From IMG/VR virus record IMGVR_UViG_3300031994_002305, positions 165,073-229,072 of that record: a stretch of 64,000 nt of DNA; one strand, 5' to 3'. Shown here piece after piece: positions 1-9,596 of the stretch. The notes beneath the pieces were generated by a model, which was not told the origin of the DNA, did not search any database, and worked only from the letters and a program-made list of their open reading frames with translations. Numbering within the stretch: the first letter of the stretch is position 1; every line of letters starts with the position of its first letter. Origin of the DNA: a virus. Taxonomy: Duplodnaviria > Heunggongvirae > Uroviricota > Caudoviricetes. The translations under genes were made by a program, and so were the position numbers.

Positions 1-2
1 TT

Positions 3-3000
3 ATCAATGGAAAGAATATGGGAGTTGAACTTCCTAAAGATATATTAAAAGCAGTATATTCTGAAAGTATATATAATAATGTATTCAATGAATCATTATA
101 TAATGAAAAGCTTAAAGAATATATGATTAATTATATGACTTTAAGAGGTGAACGTGGTAATTTCAATTCTGCTATTAAATCTCTTAAATGGTTTGGATAT
201 GGTGATAAAATTTCAATATCTAAATTATTAAAGACTGATAATAATTTTATGTCACAATACATTAATGATTATTTTAGTATCTCAAATGATGTTATATATG
301 CATTTAAAAAATTCGTTTCAGATGCTTTAATATCATTACGTATAATGATTAATAAAGAAACTAATGAACAATATAAATTTGATTTAACAAATACTTTTTG
401 GGGTGAAAACAAACCTAAGATGCTTTCTTTATTAGATCATTATGAAAAAATCAAAATAGGTAATCATGATATGCCTATTGAGGATGATGATGAAAAATAT
501 TTTTATTACAAGCCTTATTTTGATTTTTCTTTTATTGAACTAGGAATTAAATTAATGTGTCTTAAAAACTATTATAAAAAGTATTTCTTACCATTACATT
601 TAAATATTCATTCGGCATCTTTAGGATATAAAGTATTTATGAATGATATTAAAATGACCACAACAATAGGTTATAATATGACACAACCTATAGTTATGAC
701 TAATGGCCATTCTGATGAAGTGGAATTCACGGGTAATGGTACACATTATTTTACAAAACAAATACACTATGTAGATGATTATTTTAATGAATATCAATTA
801 TTAGACATTAATACTGATTTAAGAAATTGGTATTCAATAAATGATACATGTGTAAATGTTCCTATTCATTTCATAAATAATGGATTTTATAACTGTGTTC
901 TTTTATTAGAAAACAAATTAACTAAACAATTAATGTATGAATCTCATTTTTCATTCATACAAAATGATTCATATCAATATAAAAACTTTATCATATATCC
1001 TAAAAAATTAAATGTATTTATAAATAAAGATAATAAGGACATAAAAGATATTCATTCAAACTATTTTGAATATTGGATTAATAAAGATTTTACTATAAAA
1101 TTGTTAGTAAATAACAAATGGTATGAATATGATTTTGAGTTAAAAATCAATAACCCAACATTAGATTTTGGTACATTAAGATATCGTTATTATTTAAATG
1201 AACATAATTATTTGATTAATAGAATTAGTAAAGAAGTAAATAATAAAGATATTCATTCATTAATGTTTATTGATGAGTCTGATGTTGATAAAATCAAAAA
1301 TATTTCAAATTCTAATGATTTAATATCAAATGCAAATGCAAGTAAAAACATAAATTTGATTAATGAATTATTATATGAAACATTAAACTTAAATACAAAT
1401 AAAAGTTTTATAAAAACATTTGATATATCTAATGAAAATATATATCAATATTTAGAATCAAATTATGACATATTATCACCATTTAAACAAATAAACAAAA
1501 TGGTAAATAATAAAATATCATTTAATGCATATATGCATAATGCAGAATTAGTTAATGTAAATAATATTGATTTTGATATTGACTTTTATAAAATATTAAA
1601 ATATCATTTAGATAGAAATTTAATGTATATTGATGGTACATTAATTAATAATGATTTTTATCAATATATTATTTATGAGAAGAATAATAACAAATATGAA
1701 ATAGTAATACAGAAAGATTTAATAGGATTTGATCTTAATATACCTGAAGAATATTTATACAAGTATTCTCAAATACTAGTATGTGCTTATAATGATGTAT
1801 TATATATTTTAACAGAAACTGGAGATAGTAATGAATCATATTATATAAACAATATTAGAGATGTTCGTAATTCAATCATATTAAGTGAAATGATTGATGA
1901 AAATGATAATCCAGTAGCATTAATATTTGATTCATTAAATTTACAATATGATAAATTATCAAATTCTTATTATGAAATAAAAAATGGTAAAAAAATTGAT
2001 TATCCAATTTATGATAAGTTATATTCTAATGTAGAATATATTCATGAAAAATATACTGCAAATATAAAATTGCCAAACATATCAAAATATAAAAATTCAT
2101 TACATTTATTTAATTTATATACTGAAGAAACTGAATACGTTAACATATTATTATTTCATAATGATATTAACATATATTTAAAAGGATTACATATTGAACA
2201 TAAAAAATATAATCAATATGATGACGATTCATTAAAGTTTACAATCAAAGGTAATTTAATTAATACAAATGATGAATATTCAAAATATGTTGATGTTTAT
2301 GGATTACATTGGATAAGTGATCAAAATATTACAATTAATACAGATGGAACAATAGAACACATTCAAAATGTACCAGTTGAAATAATAGATACATTAAATC
2401 AATATGGTATATATGTTAAACGTGATTATAGAAAATATTATGATACTAAAGAAATAAATAATATTTACGAATTAAATAATATTGAAGAATATGATGTAAA
2501 TGAATTTACATATTATACATCAGAAAAGAATTCATGTTTAGGATATAATGTGTATCGTACTTTAAATGATTTTTATCAAAACAATATTTTAGAATCAGAA
2601 ACTAATGGTGCAAATGTATTTATTAATGTTGAAGATAATAAAAAATATTTTTATTTTAAAGATTTCGATACTCGTGATTTAACTGATTTATCAAAAATGT
2701 ATATTAACAAATTATCATATAAATTAATATTCTATAATGATAATGATGAAGTTATTGAAGACATATCTCTAAATAATTTAAATAATGTAGACTATGCTTA
2801 CATTAAAGTTGAGTTCTATTATCATAAAAAATATATCGTAAGAAACCGTTTTTACTTATTAAGTGAATTTATTAGTTTAAATAATGATAAAAATATTTAT
2901 GTAGATACTAATAACAAAACAATTCAAATAAATGGGGTAGACTATAGTATCATTAAAATTAATAATAAGTTTACATATTATGATAAAGATTATAATCATA

Positions 3001-4217
3001 TTATAGTAAATCAAAACCCATCGATGTATTGGTATAATTTAGATAATAATGAAATTAATTCATTACCTGAATATCTTAATGAATTGGAAAGATACACTTA
3101 TGATAATAAAACAGAATCATTTAAAGATATTATATCTAAATTAGAAGAATATAAAACAATGTTTGAAAATAAAACATTAGATGATGCTGATGTTGTAAGA
3201 TATAATTATGTTAATTATTTATCTAAAGATTTAACTGGATTAGTTGGTGAATATGTTTTAAAAATTGAACAAATTAATTATAGTAAAAAAATTAGATTAT
3301 GTATGGATGTTATAAAAAATGATACTATAACAACATATATATCTAATGATAATAATAAAGTTATATTAGATGGTACAGAAGATAAAGTAACATTATATAT
3401 CCAATTTATACAAAACTTTGAATTAGATAATAATGCATCTATGTGGTTCATACCAAAATTATTAAAAGTCATAAAAACTGATAAACCATTAGAATATAAT
3501 GCAGAAGAATGTGGAAATGAAATAAGTGTAAACTTTTTAAATAAAGAATATAAATACGGAGACAATTCTAGTAAATTTGTTTATGACTTATATCAAAAAT
3601 TCTTTAAGTTAAAATTTAATATTTATGATAATTACATTAAAGATAACAAAATGTATACATATTTATTAAATAGTGTTTATGATTGCAGAGATGAATTAAA
3701 ATTAAATACATATCTTAACTATGATTTCTATTTGATGCATGATGATAAATATTGGTATTGCTTATACATATCACAACAAACTATTGACAATATTAGTAAA
3801 CAAACAGATTTAAAATTACCAAATGAATATAAAGAATTATCATTCATTGATAATGACATTAAATATAAATTAAAATATTCGCGTTCATCAGAAGAATATT
3901 TAATGAATAGATTAGAATTTATATCATCTAATGGATATAATCATTTTAAAGAAGATGATATTATTTGTTGTTATATGTTTAACAATGATAGGCTACCATT
4001 TAATCCTTATATAAGTTCAAAGTGGTCTGTTAAACCAATGTCTATTGGTTCAAAGAATGATTCATCATTTGATTCATCAGCTGAATTGACGATACTTTCA
4101 ATTCCTTCATCAATGAATAAATATGAAAAAGGATATTACAAAATAAATGTAAAATATTCATTGGATAGAGATGTACAACATCAATTTAAGAATACATCCA
4201 CAATATTAATTTCATAA
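3..4217 (+). CDS. 5'-partial giant N/Y/K-rich protein (1399+ aa), putative virion/tail-fibre-like structural protein
   Basis: The open frame runs from the window edge with no upstream stop, so the 5' end is missing. Composition is low-complexity Asn/Tyr/Lys-rich, typical of the other giant structural proteins here. It is followed by a hairpin terminator at 4221-4248. No catalytic motif was recognised. Confidence 0.55.
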   Translation: MNGKNMGVELPKDILKAVYSESIYNNVFNESLYNEKLKEYMINYMTLRGERGNFNSAIKSLKWFGYGDKISISKLLKTDNNFMSQYINDYFSISNDVIYAFKKFVSDALISLRIMINKETNEQYKFDLTNTFWGENKPKMLSLLDHYEKIKIGNHDMPIEDDDEKYFYYKPYFDFSFIELGIKLMCLKNYYKKYFLPLHLNIHSASLGYKVFMNDIKMTTTIGYNMTQPIVMTNGHSDEVEFTGNGTHYFTKQIHYVDDYFNEYQLLDINTDLRNWYSINDTCVNVPIHFINNGFYNCVLLLENKLTKQLMYESHFSFIQNDSYQYKNFIIYPKKLNVFINKDNKDIKDIHSNYFEYWINKDFTIKLLVNNKWYEYDFELKINNPTLDFGTLRYRYYLNEHNYLINRISKEVNNKDIHSLMFIDESDVDKIKNISNSNDLISNANASKNINLINELLYETLNLNTNKSFIKTFDISNENIYQYLESNYDILSPFKQINKMVNNKISFNAYMHNAELVNVNNIDFDIDFYKILKYHLDRNLMYIDGTLINNDFYQYIIYEKNNNKYEIVIQKDLIGFDLNIPEEYLYKYSQILVCAYNDVLYILTETGDSNESYYINNIRDVRNSIILSEMIDENDNPVALIFDSLNLQYDKLSNSYYEIKNGKKIDYPIYDKLYSNVEYIHEKYTANIKLPNISKYKNSLHLFNLYTEETEYVNILLFHNDINIYLKGLHIEHKKYNQYDDDSLKFTIKGNLINTNDEYSKYVDVYGLHWISDQNITINTDGTIEHIQNVPVEIIDTLNQYGIYVKRDYRKYYDTKEINNIYELNNIEEYDVNEFTYYTSEKNSCLGYNVYRTLNDFYQNNILESETNGANVFINVEDNKKYFYFKDFDTRDLTDLSKMYINKLSYKLIFYNDNDEVIEDISLNNLNNVDYAYIKVEFYYHKKYIVRNRFYLLSEFISLNNDKNIYVDTNNKTIQINGVDYSIIKINNKFTYYDKDYNHIIVNQNPSMYWYNLDNNEINSLPEYLNELERYTYDNKTESFKDIISKLEEYKTMFENKTLDDADVVRYNYVNYLSKDLTGLVGEYVLKIEQINYSKKIRLCMDVIKNDTITTYISNDNNKVILDGTEDKVTLYIQFIQNFELDNNASMWFIPKLLKVIKTDKPLEYNAEECGNEISVNFLNKEYKYGDNSSKFVYDLYQKFFKLKFNIYDNYIKDNKMYTYLLNSVYDCRDELKLNTYLNYDFYLMHDDKYWYCLYISQQTIDNISKQTDLKLPNEYKELSFIDNDIKYKLKYSRSSEEYLMNRLEFISSNGYNHFKEDDIICCYMFNNDRLPFNPYISSKWSVKPMSIGSKNDSSFDSSAELTILSIPSSMNKYEKGYYKINVKYSLDRDVQHQFKNTSTILIS

Positions 4218-4279
4218 TTTAAGGCAGTTCATACTGCCTTAATTTTATTATTAAATATAGAAAAAACATAAATAAAAAA

Positions 4280-4690
4280 ATGATACCATTATCACAGTAT
4301 ATTAAAGAAACAAAAGACGATTACTTAAATGGTTTTGTAATTTTAAAACCAGAATTTTTGGATCATTCAGATGAATGGCTAAAAATACTCCAAGATAATG
4401 AATGGGATATTCTTGATAAACAAACATTAACATTATCTGAGGAACAAGCAAAAGAACTTTATAAAATGCATAAAGATAAAGATTTTTATAATGATTTATG
4501 CAAATATATGAGTTCAGGAGAATGCTTATGTTGTAAATGTTATAAAGAATGTAATGATCCTATTGAAGAAATGAATAAAATCAAAGATGATATTCGCAAA
4601 AAATGGGGTAAGGATGATATGAAAAATGCTATGCATAGTTCTGATTCACTTCAAAACGCAAAAAGAGAATCAAATATAGTATTTAAGTAA
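4280..4690 (+). CDS. ndk: nucleoside diphosphate kinase-like protein
   Basis: N-terminus 'NGFVILKPEF' resembles the NDK 'ERTFxIIKPD' motif. 'SEEQAKELYKMHKDKDFYNDLCKYMSSGE' resembles NDK 'EQARGFYAEHxGKPFFxxLVEFMTSGP'. C-terminal 'NAMHSSDSLQNAKRESNIVF' resembles NDK 'NxxHGSDSVESAxREIxxFF' and keeps the catalytic His. The N-terminal 'SQYIKET' resembles the I-x-E tag seen at 19-26 kb. Confidence 0.55.
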   Translation: MIPLSQYIKETKDDYLNGFVILKPEFLDHSDEWLKILQDNEWDILDKQTLTLSEEQAKELYKMHKDKDFYNDLCKYMSSGECLCCKCYKECNDPIEEMNKIKDDIRKKWGKDDMKNAMHSSDSLQNAKRESNIVFK

Positions 4691-4691
4691 A

Positions 4692-4850
4692 ATGATTAAT
4701 ACGTGTGGAAATTGTAAATTTTTTAATGAATATAAAGAAATGGTAAACAAAAAAAATATATGTAATTATCATGGGTTTACCGTCAATCCATCAAATTTAG
4801 GATGCTATTTAATTCAATATAATAAAAGAATAGAAAAAAATTTAATATGA
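4692..4850 (+). CDS. small Cys-rich (CxxC ... C-x2-H) protein, 52 aa
   Basis: ATG lies directly after the NDK stop and the stop overlaps the next gene's ATG (ATATGA). It is below the ORF-track size cutoff. CGNC...CNYH suggests a zinc ribbon. Confidence 0.25.
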   Translation: MINTCGNCKFFNEYKEMVNKKNICNYHGFTVNPSNLGCYLIQYNKRIEKNLI

Positions 4851-5503
4851 AAAAACTATATGTTTTATTAGATAATGGACATGGTATTAATACGCTTGGA
4901 AAACGTAGTCCTAAATTATCAAATGGTCAACAATTTTTTGAATGGCAATTTTGTCGAGAAGTAGTAGATGCATTATATGAAAGATTAAAAACATACGAAC
5001 AATTTGTTCCTATTAAGATAACTCCAGAAGATACAGATATATCATTAACAACAAGAGTTAATCGTATTAACCAATATTGTAATAAATATGGAGCTTCTAA
5101 TTGTATTATGATATCTGTACATGTTAATGCTGCTGGAAATGGTACATGGATGACAGCTAGAGGTTGGTCAGCATGGACTACAAAGGGAACATCAATTTCT
5201 GATAAATTAGCAGAATGCTTATATGAAGGCGCTGATTATGTAATTGGTAAAGATAAATATTATTCAAAAACATTTAAAGGATCTGCTAAACCAATAAGAG
5301 AAGATAAATCAGATGGTGATAGAGATTGGGAATCGAACTTTCAAATTATTAAAGGTTCTAATTGTGCAGCAGTATTAACAGAAAATTTCTTTATGGATAA
5401 TAAGGATGATGTTAATTATCTAATGTCAGCACAAGGACTTAATGATACAATATGCATTCATTTTAAAGGAATTGAAAATTATTATAATAAATACAAAAAA
5501 TAA
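4847..5503 (+). CDS. N-acetylmuramoyl-L-alanine amidase (Amidase_3 / MurNAc-LAA family)
   Basis: 'VLLDNGHGINTLGKRSP' resembles the Amidase_3 N-terminal 'ID(P/A)GHGG' motif. 'DISLTTRVNRINQYCNKYGASNCIMISVHVNAAGNG' resembles Amidase_3 'DxxLxxRxxxAN...ADlFvSIHaNA'. Confidence 0.55.
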   Translation: MKKLYVLLDNGHGINTLGKRSPKLSNGQQFFEWQFCREVVDALYERLKTYEQFVPIKITPEDTDISLTTRVNRINQYCNKYGASNCIMISVHVNAAGNGTWMTARGWSAWTTKGTSISDKLAECLYEGADYVIGKDKYYSKTFKGSAKPIREDKSDGDRDWESNFQIIKGSNCAAVLTENFFMDNKDDVNYLMSAQGLNDTICIHFKGIENYYNKYKK

Positions 5504-5508
5504 ATAAA

Positions 5509-6186
5509 ATGAAAACTTTATTAGAAACTCTTAATACAGAATTATATACTGTTCTTTTAGAGGAGTTACAATCAGTTTGGAAAAAGACTCGTGAAACTGT
5601 AACTATTCAAGATAAGATCAAAAACTTCTGTACATCCATGAAAGGTCAAAAAGTATCTTTAGATAATAAACAAGAATTACGTAAAGTATTTAAAGAATTT
5701 ATATCTAAATTTACTTTTGGTAATGACGCTCAAAATAGAACTGTTCTTAAAAAATATGGATTAGCAACAGAAGAAGGATTTAGAAAATTTATTCTTGGAT
5801 CACACAATGAATTGGAAGAAAACAAATGTTATATTGACTGGATTAAGCAGTGGGATGAAACAGAAGCTGAAAAGGAATATAAAAAAGCTAAAGAAAATGG
5901 CGAAATTCCAAATACAGTTGAAGATGATGACGCAGATGACAGAGATTTAGTTATCTACGATAGATGGGATCCGCATACACATGCAGTATATGCATTTAGT
6001 GGCAAACGTGGAAAAGGAACAGATCACCAAGTTAATTTAATGCGTATGGACTTTAAATATGAATTTGGTGTTAAATATTATGATTGCTATCCAATATTGG
6101 CTAAGAACTATTATGGACATGAAGATGAACTTAAGAAACGTGCAGAATTACAATTAGGATATGATGATCCAAATGAATTCAAATAA
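5509..6186 (+). CDS. hypothetical protein
   Basis: Clean ORF with a typical TAAATGA junction with the previous gene. No motif recognised. Confidence 0.5.
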   Translation: MKTLLETLNTELYTVLLEELQSVWKKTRETVTIQDKIKNFCTSMKGQKVSLDNKQELRKVFKEFISKFTFGNDAQNRTVLKKYGLATEEGFRKFILGSHNELEENKCYIDWIKQWDETEAEKEYKKAKENGEIPNTVEDDDADDRDLVIYDRWDPHTHAVYAFSGKRGKGTDHQVNLMRMDFKYEFGVKYYDCYPILAKNYYGHEDELKKRAELQLGYDDPNEFK

Positions 6187-6213
6187 TTCATAATTTAAAT
6201 ATTATATAAAAAA

Positions 6214-6251
6214 ATCCAGAAATTTTCAATATTATTTGAATTTTTCTGGAT
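6214..6251 (+). terminator. rho-independent terminator hairpin (atccagaaa ... tttctggat) + T-run
   Basis: Perfect 9-bp stem at 6214-6222 / 6243-6251 followed by TTTTTT. The loop contains the TTTGAA element of the downstream promoter cassette. Confidence 0.5.
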
Positions 6252-6274
6252 TTTTTCTATATTATATTTGTAAA
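6229..6274 (+). promoter_or_regulatory. conserved promoter cassette class A: AATATTATTTGAATTTTT - N - CTATATTATATTTGTAAA (TTTG, 24 nt, TAtaTTTG)
   Basis: One of six near-identical cassettes (6229, 7891, 17812, 28042, 28478, 62678). Spacing between TTTG and TAnnTTTG is an invariant 24 nt. It ends 9 nt before ATG 6283. The Bacteroidetes sigma-A consensus is TTTG / TAnnTTTG. Confidence 0.55.
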
Positions 6275-6282
6275 TATTAAAT

Positions 6283-6666
6283 ATGAAAATTATGAATAAG
6301 ATTACAGAAATTCTTTCCACAGTGTTTAATGAGAAGCAGATTCAGGCTATGAAGGATGCTTGGAAGTACGGACAGTGGGGTGATACAGAACTTACGTTTG
6401 CTGATGGATCTAATGCTTGGGCATACGGAGCATGTACTAATGATATTAAGACCGGTGGCCGTTTTACTGGGCGACAGATTTCCGGTATTATGTCTGGTAT
6501 TTCAAAGAAGATTTCTGATACAAAGACTAATCTGGTTGAGAATATTCCTGATTGGTGGGAAGATGGTTCTGGTGATATGATCTTCTTCAATATCGGTGCT
6601 CTTGGATTGGATGATTCAAAAGATGCATGGGATGAGATGAATAAGTGGTCTAATTCAAATGATTAA
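6283..6666 (+). CDS. hypothetical protein (higher-GC, moron-like)
   Basis: GC is visibly higher (about 38%) than flanking genes. It has its own class-A promoter 9 nt upstream and a terminator/promoter cassette upstream. Confidence 0.5.
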   Translation: MKIMNKITEILSTVFNEKQIQAMKDAWKYGQWGDTELTFADGSNAWAYGACTNDIKTGGRFTGRQISGIMSGISKKISDTKTNLVENIPDWWEDGSGDMIFFNIGALGLDDSKDAWDEMNKWSNSND

Positions 6667-6767
6667 TATGAAATCTTATAAATTTGAACTAATTGAGATT
6701 GGTGTTAAAATCTTAATTTGTGCAGGGTTAATTATTTATCTTTTTACTGCATATTAAATAATTATTT

Positions 6768-7076
6768 ATGGGAGATACAGTTAATTATTGGAAAATTCCT
6801 AAGGAGCATATTATCAATAGACGTAATATGGGTTATATTTGGACTTATATAGGTCATTTTCCAATGTTTGAAGTTCGTAATAAAGCAAAAGAACTATATG
6901 AACAATATAAAAATGAATGGGAAGGTATTTTACTTCGTATAACTCGTACTAATGCATGGGATGAAACAATAAACTGTTATTACCTGTATTATAATGGAAA
7001 GAAATTTATAAAAGAACCTGATTACATCTTATTTGATAATAAGGATATTATGGAGTATCTTGAAGAAAATAAATAA
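6768..7076 (+). CDS. hypothetical protein
   Basis: ORF, 102 aa. Confidence 0.45.
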   Translation: MGDTVNYWKIPKEHIINRRNMGYIWTYIGHFPMFEVRNKAKELYEQYKNEWEGILLRITRTNAWDETINCYYLYYNGKKFIKEPDYILFDNKDIMEYLEENK

Positions 7077-7081
7077 AGAAT

Positions 7082-7720
7082 ATGGATAATAATTTTACTC
7101 ATCAAGAGATTGTTGATTTTATCAAGACCTATCTAAAGGGTTGTGGAATTACTGAATATGACGAATATACTCGCGAATATGAAGATCCAATAATTCAAGA
7201 TATCACGGCAAAGGGAGTATGTACAACATTATGTGAACTTCCTGCCCCATATAATTTCGGTCATATTAAGATTGATATTGTTGATGATTATGTTAGTCTT
7301 CGTCTTACGATGAATCAGGAAAAAGAACTTGATGAGCGTGGTCGTGAATTATATAAAACAAATATATTGAAGACATCTCAGGATATCTGGGTAATTGATG
7401 TTCCGGATAATAATAATTTGTCTGAGCGTTGGATTCATCATCGTACTGGATATAATTATGGTTTGCGATTCAATAAAAAGAATTTCTCACAGTTTATGAA
7501 ATTGTTTGATATTGTATTTACAACAGAATATAAGACAAACTATATCGTACAGTTGGCAGCAAGACATTATGAACAAGAAAGAATGTGGAATGAATTTGTC
7601 GAACTTGTTGCTAATGCATGGCATATGAACAAGAATCTTTGGTCTTGTGTAAATAAGTTCTCAACACAATGGAATGAACTTTCAAATATTTGGTTAATGA
7701 ATGAATTTAACTTAGATTAA
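7082..7720 (+). CDS. hypothetical protein
   Basis: ORF of 212 aa, 5 nt after the previous stop. Confidence 0.5.
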   Translation: MDNNFTHQEIVDFIKTYLKGCGITEYDEYTREYEDPIIQDITAKGVCTTLCELPAPYNFGHIKIDIVDDYVSLRLTMNQEKELDERGRELYKTNILKTSQDIWVIDVPDNNNLSERWIHHRTGYNYGLRFNKKNFSQFMKLFDIVFTTEYKTNYIVQLAARHYEQERMWNEFVELVANAWHMNKNLWSCVNKFSTQWNELSNIWLMNEFNLD

Positions 7721-7890
7721 CATGTTATCTAAATCTTATATTCAATCACGGAAAATTATATTGAGAAATTGGGTAATGAATAACACTTCATTACGAGGTA
7801 ATGATATAGAAATATTAGTTAATCACATATTTAATAAATACTATAAAATTATTTAATTATTTATGTATCTTAAATTTACATAAAAAATTT

Positions 7891-7936
7891 AATATTATTT
7901 GAATTTTTGATAATTTGTTCTATATTATATATGTAA
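7891..7936 (+). promoter_or_regulatory. promoter cassette class A (variant -7: TAtaTATG)
   Basis: AATATTATTTGAATTTTT + 24 nt spacing + CTATATTATATATGTAATC. Ends 17 nt before ATG 7954. Confidence 0.5.
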
Positions 7937-7953
7937 TCAAACAAATAATTAAT

Positions 7954-8253
7954 ATGAGCAAATTGAATTCTAATTTTATTATCGAATACGAAGTTACTAA
8001 GTTGGAGAATTTCTTTGATCTACCTGTTGGTTCTATTGTTTATGGTGCAGGTTTTAGGTCTATAGAATTTACTTATGATACTGGACATTGTAATACTTAC
8101 GACAGTATAGATGATATTAAAGATGAAGTTAAATATCTTAAAGGTCCTCACGAGTATTGCGGTGTAATAAAATATCCTTATTTAGAAGAAAACGGATTAA
8201 AAATTAGAATCAGAGAAATTAAAAGAAGTCTCGGAAAAGAAATTGCTTATTAA
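7954..8253 (+). CDS. hypothetical protein (start corrected from track 7915)
   Basis: The track start 7915 is a TTG inside the promoter cassette. The first ATG (MSKLNS...) at 7954 lies 17 nt downstream of the cassette. Confidence 0.45.
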   Translation: MSKLNSNFIIEYEVTKLENFFDLPVGSIVYGAGFRSIEFTYDTGHCNTYDSIDDIKDEVKYLKGPHEYCGVIKYPYLEENGLKIRIREIKRSLGKEIAY

Positions 8254-8266
8254 ATATTTATTAAAT

Positions 8267-8932
8267 ATGAACGCAAATAAATTTCTTACTATAACTTTCT
8301 GTTTATCAATATGTTATCAGTTATTCTGTAATAATATCGATGCAACTGAAAACAATACAAGTTATGTGAAAACTGATTCTATGTGTTCAATAAATCCGAT
8401 GTGTTCAGATATTATTGAACAAACTAAAAATATTGAACATCTGAATCATCCTAAGTCTTATCGTTTATCTAAGACAGGTAAGGATTATATTAAGTCACAT
8501 GAAACTTGTGTATTAGATGCTTATAATGATCCAGACCCAAATCGTCGTTCTGTTGGTTGGGGACATCAAATTCAACCAGGTGAATCTCTTGAACATATTA
8601 CACAAAAGAAAGCAGACGAATTATTTGAGAAAGATATTGAATGGGTTAATGATGCAATTAATAGATTACTTTCACAAACAGATAAGAGATTCATTTATAC
8701 TCAAGGGTTTATTGATGGTCTTGGTGATATGATTTATAATTGTGGTGAACGAGGTGTAACTCTTACTACATTCTGGGAACGACTTCAAAAATGTAGATAT
8801 GATAAAAATGAACCAGGATTTATTAATAAAAATGATTTAAATTATGCAATTGCTGGTGTTAAGACATCAAGAATTTCTGCTAAAGGACACATTGAACGTA
8901 GATATAATGCGCATAAAATGATGTTGAATTGA
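8267..8932 (+). CDS. T4-type lysozyme (GH24 muramidase) with N-terminal signal peptide/signal-anchor (SAR-endolysin-like)
   Basis: 'IKSHETCVLDAYNDPDPNRRSVGWGHQI' resembles T4 lysozyme '[25 protein letters not shown]' and keeps the catalytic Glu and Asp. The N-terminal 'MNANKFLTITFCLSICYQLFC' is hydrophobic. The start is moved from track TTG 8243 to ATG 8267, after the previous stop at 8253. Confidence 0.7.
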   Translation: MNANKFLTITFCLSICYQLFCNNIDATENNTSYVKTDSMCSINPMCSDIIEQTKNIEHLNHPKSYRLSKTGKDYIKSHETCVLDAYNDPDPNRRSVGWGHQIQPGESLEHITQKKADELFEKDIEWVNDAINRLLSQTDKRFIYTQGFIDGLGDMIYNCGERGVTLTTFWERLQKCRYDKNEPGFINKNDLNYAIAGVKTSRISAKGHIERRYNAHKMMLN

Positions 8933-8977
8933 TATGAATAAACCAGATTATATTATTTAAATTAAAGGAAATATAAT

Positions 8978-9319
8978 ATGAAAGATTTTTTTAATGGGTG
9001 TTTAACTGCATTTTTAACATTTGTAATTATTGTTAGTATAATTTATGGTGTTACATATTGTGCATTTGCAGTACTTGGACCAAATTATAAAGAGGGTATT
9101 TATACAATGACTTATAAAGTATATTATCCTGGTAACCCAAAGACTTATACAATTACAAATAATTTGCCAATTGGCATGTCATCATATAAGGGTACTAATA
9201 GAATTGATAAAACTGTTGATACACCCAATCTTGGTTTTAAAAATTGTTTTGGAACTGAAACAGTGTTTGAATCTTCTGCACCTATTGAAGTAGTAAGTTA
9301 TACATATAAAGAAAATTAA
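8978..9319 (+). CDS. membrane protein (single N-terminal TM; possible lysis-associated holin/spanin-like)
   Basis: TM segment 'LTAFLTFVIIVSIIYGVTYCAFAV'. It lies immediately downstream of the lysozyme gene. Confidence 0.35.
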   Translation: MKDFFNGCLTAFLTFVIIVSIIYGVTYCAFAVLGPNYKEGIYTMTYKVYYPGNPKTYTITNNLPIGMSSYKGTNRIDKTVDTPNLGFKNCFGTETVFESSAPIEVVSYTYKEN

Positions 9320-9412
9320 TATGAGTATTTGTTTTGACTTAAATATTAAGATTTCAGGTAGTTATTTAGACTATCGTCGTGTAAATCAAAAACCTAAAAG
9401 AAAAAAGAAGTA

Positions 9413-9595
9413 ATGGATATTAAGACCACAAAATCTATAACAATATATCGGGTAATGTGTTCAGATAATTATCAAAGAACAGAACCCGAAACTTCATGGC
9501 ATACATCTAAAGAATGGTGTGAAAATTATATTACAAAATCATACTATAAGCATTGCTTGAGGATTGAAAGTACAGAACTTATAATTGATGATTAA
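9413..9595 (+). CDS. hypothetical small protein
   Basis: ORF of 60 aa in a run of tightly packed small genes. Confidence 0.3.
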   Translation: MDIKTTKSITIYRVMCSDNYQRTEPETSWHTSKEWCENYITKSYYKHCLRIESTELIIDD

Positions 9596-9596
9596 T

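Noticed and set aside
3278-3565. Antisense and out-of-frame internal ORFs of 60-217 aa inside the large genes on the + strand, each with one exception lying wholly inside a longer, better-supported gene. They are 3278-3565, 13247-13636, 13928-14110, 14454-14702, 15138-15368, 17471-17653, 20031-20306, 21179-21361, 25396-25608, 28800-29069, 33951-34145, 34917-35111, 37934-38143, 38770-38973, 41940-42122, 43843-44271, 44410-44676, 45322-45519, 48002-48223, 48390-48584, 49137-49319, 49742-49948, 50343-50543, 50353-50538, 52446-52679, 53011-53199, 53991-54233, 55791-56018, 56770-56952, 57528-57854, 59564-59767 and 63407-63625.
   Set aside because: They lie inside longer ORFs with recognisable products, are the expected chance ORFs of an AT-rich genome and often show homopolymeric Ile/Leu/Phe composition. 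38770-38973 overlaps a terminator hairpin.
6342-6590. Two overlapping alternative-frame ORFs (82 and 74 aa) within gene 6283-6666.
   Set aside because: Both are fully contained in the better-supported + frame ORF. GC-richer sequence simply yields fewer stops.
7721-7890. Possible 44-aa ORF or ncRNA in the 230-nt gap before gene 7954.
   Set aside because: The ORF is short and AT-rich with no supporting signal. More likely an untranslated leader/regulatory region, left unannotated.
8517-8732. 71-aa + strand ORF inside the lysozyme gene.
   Set aside because: Out of frame within a gene with a clear T4-lysozyme motif match.
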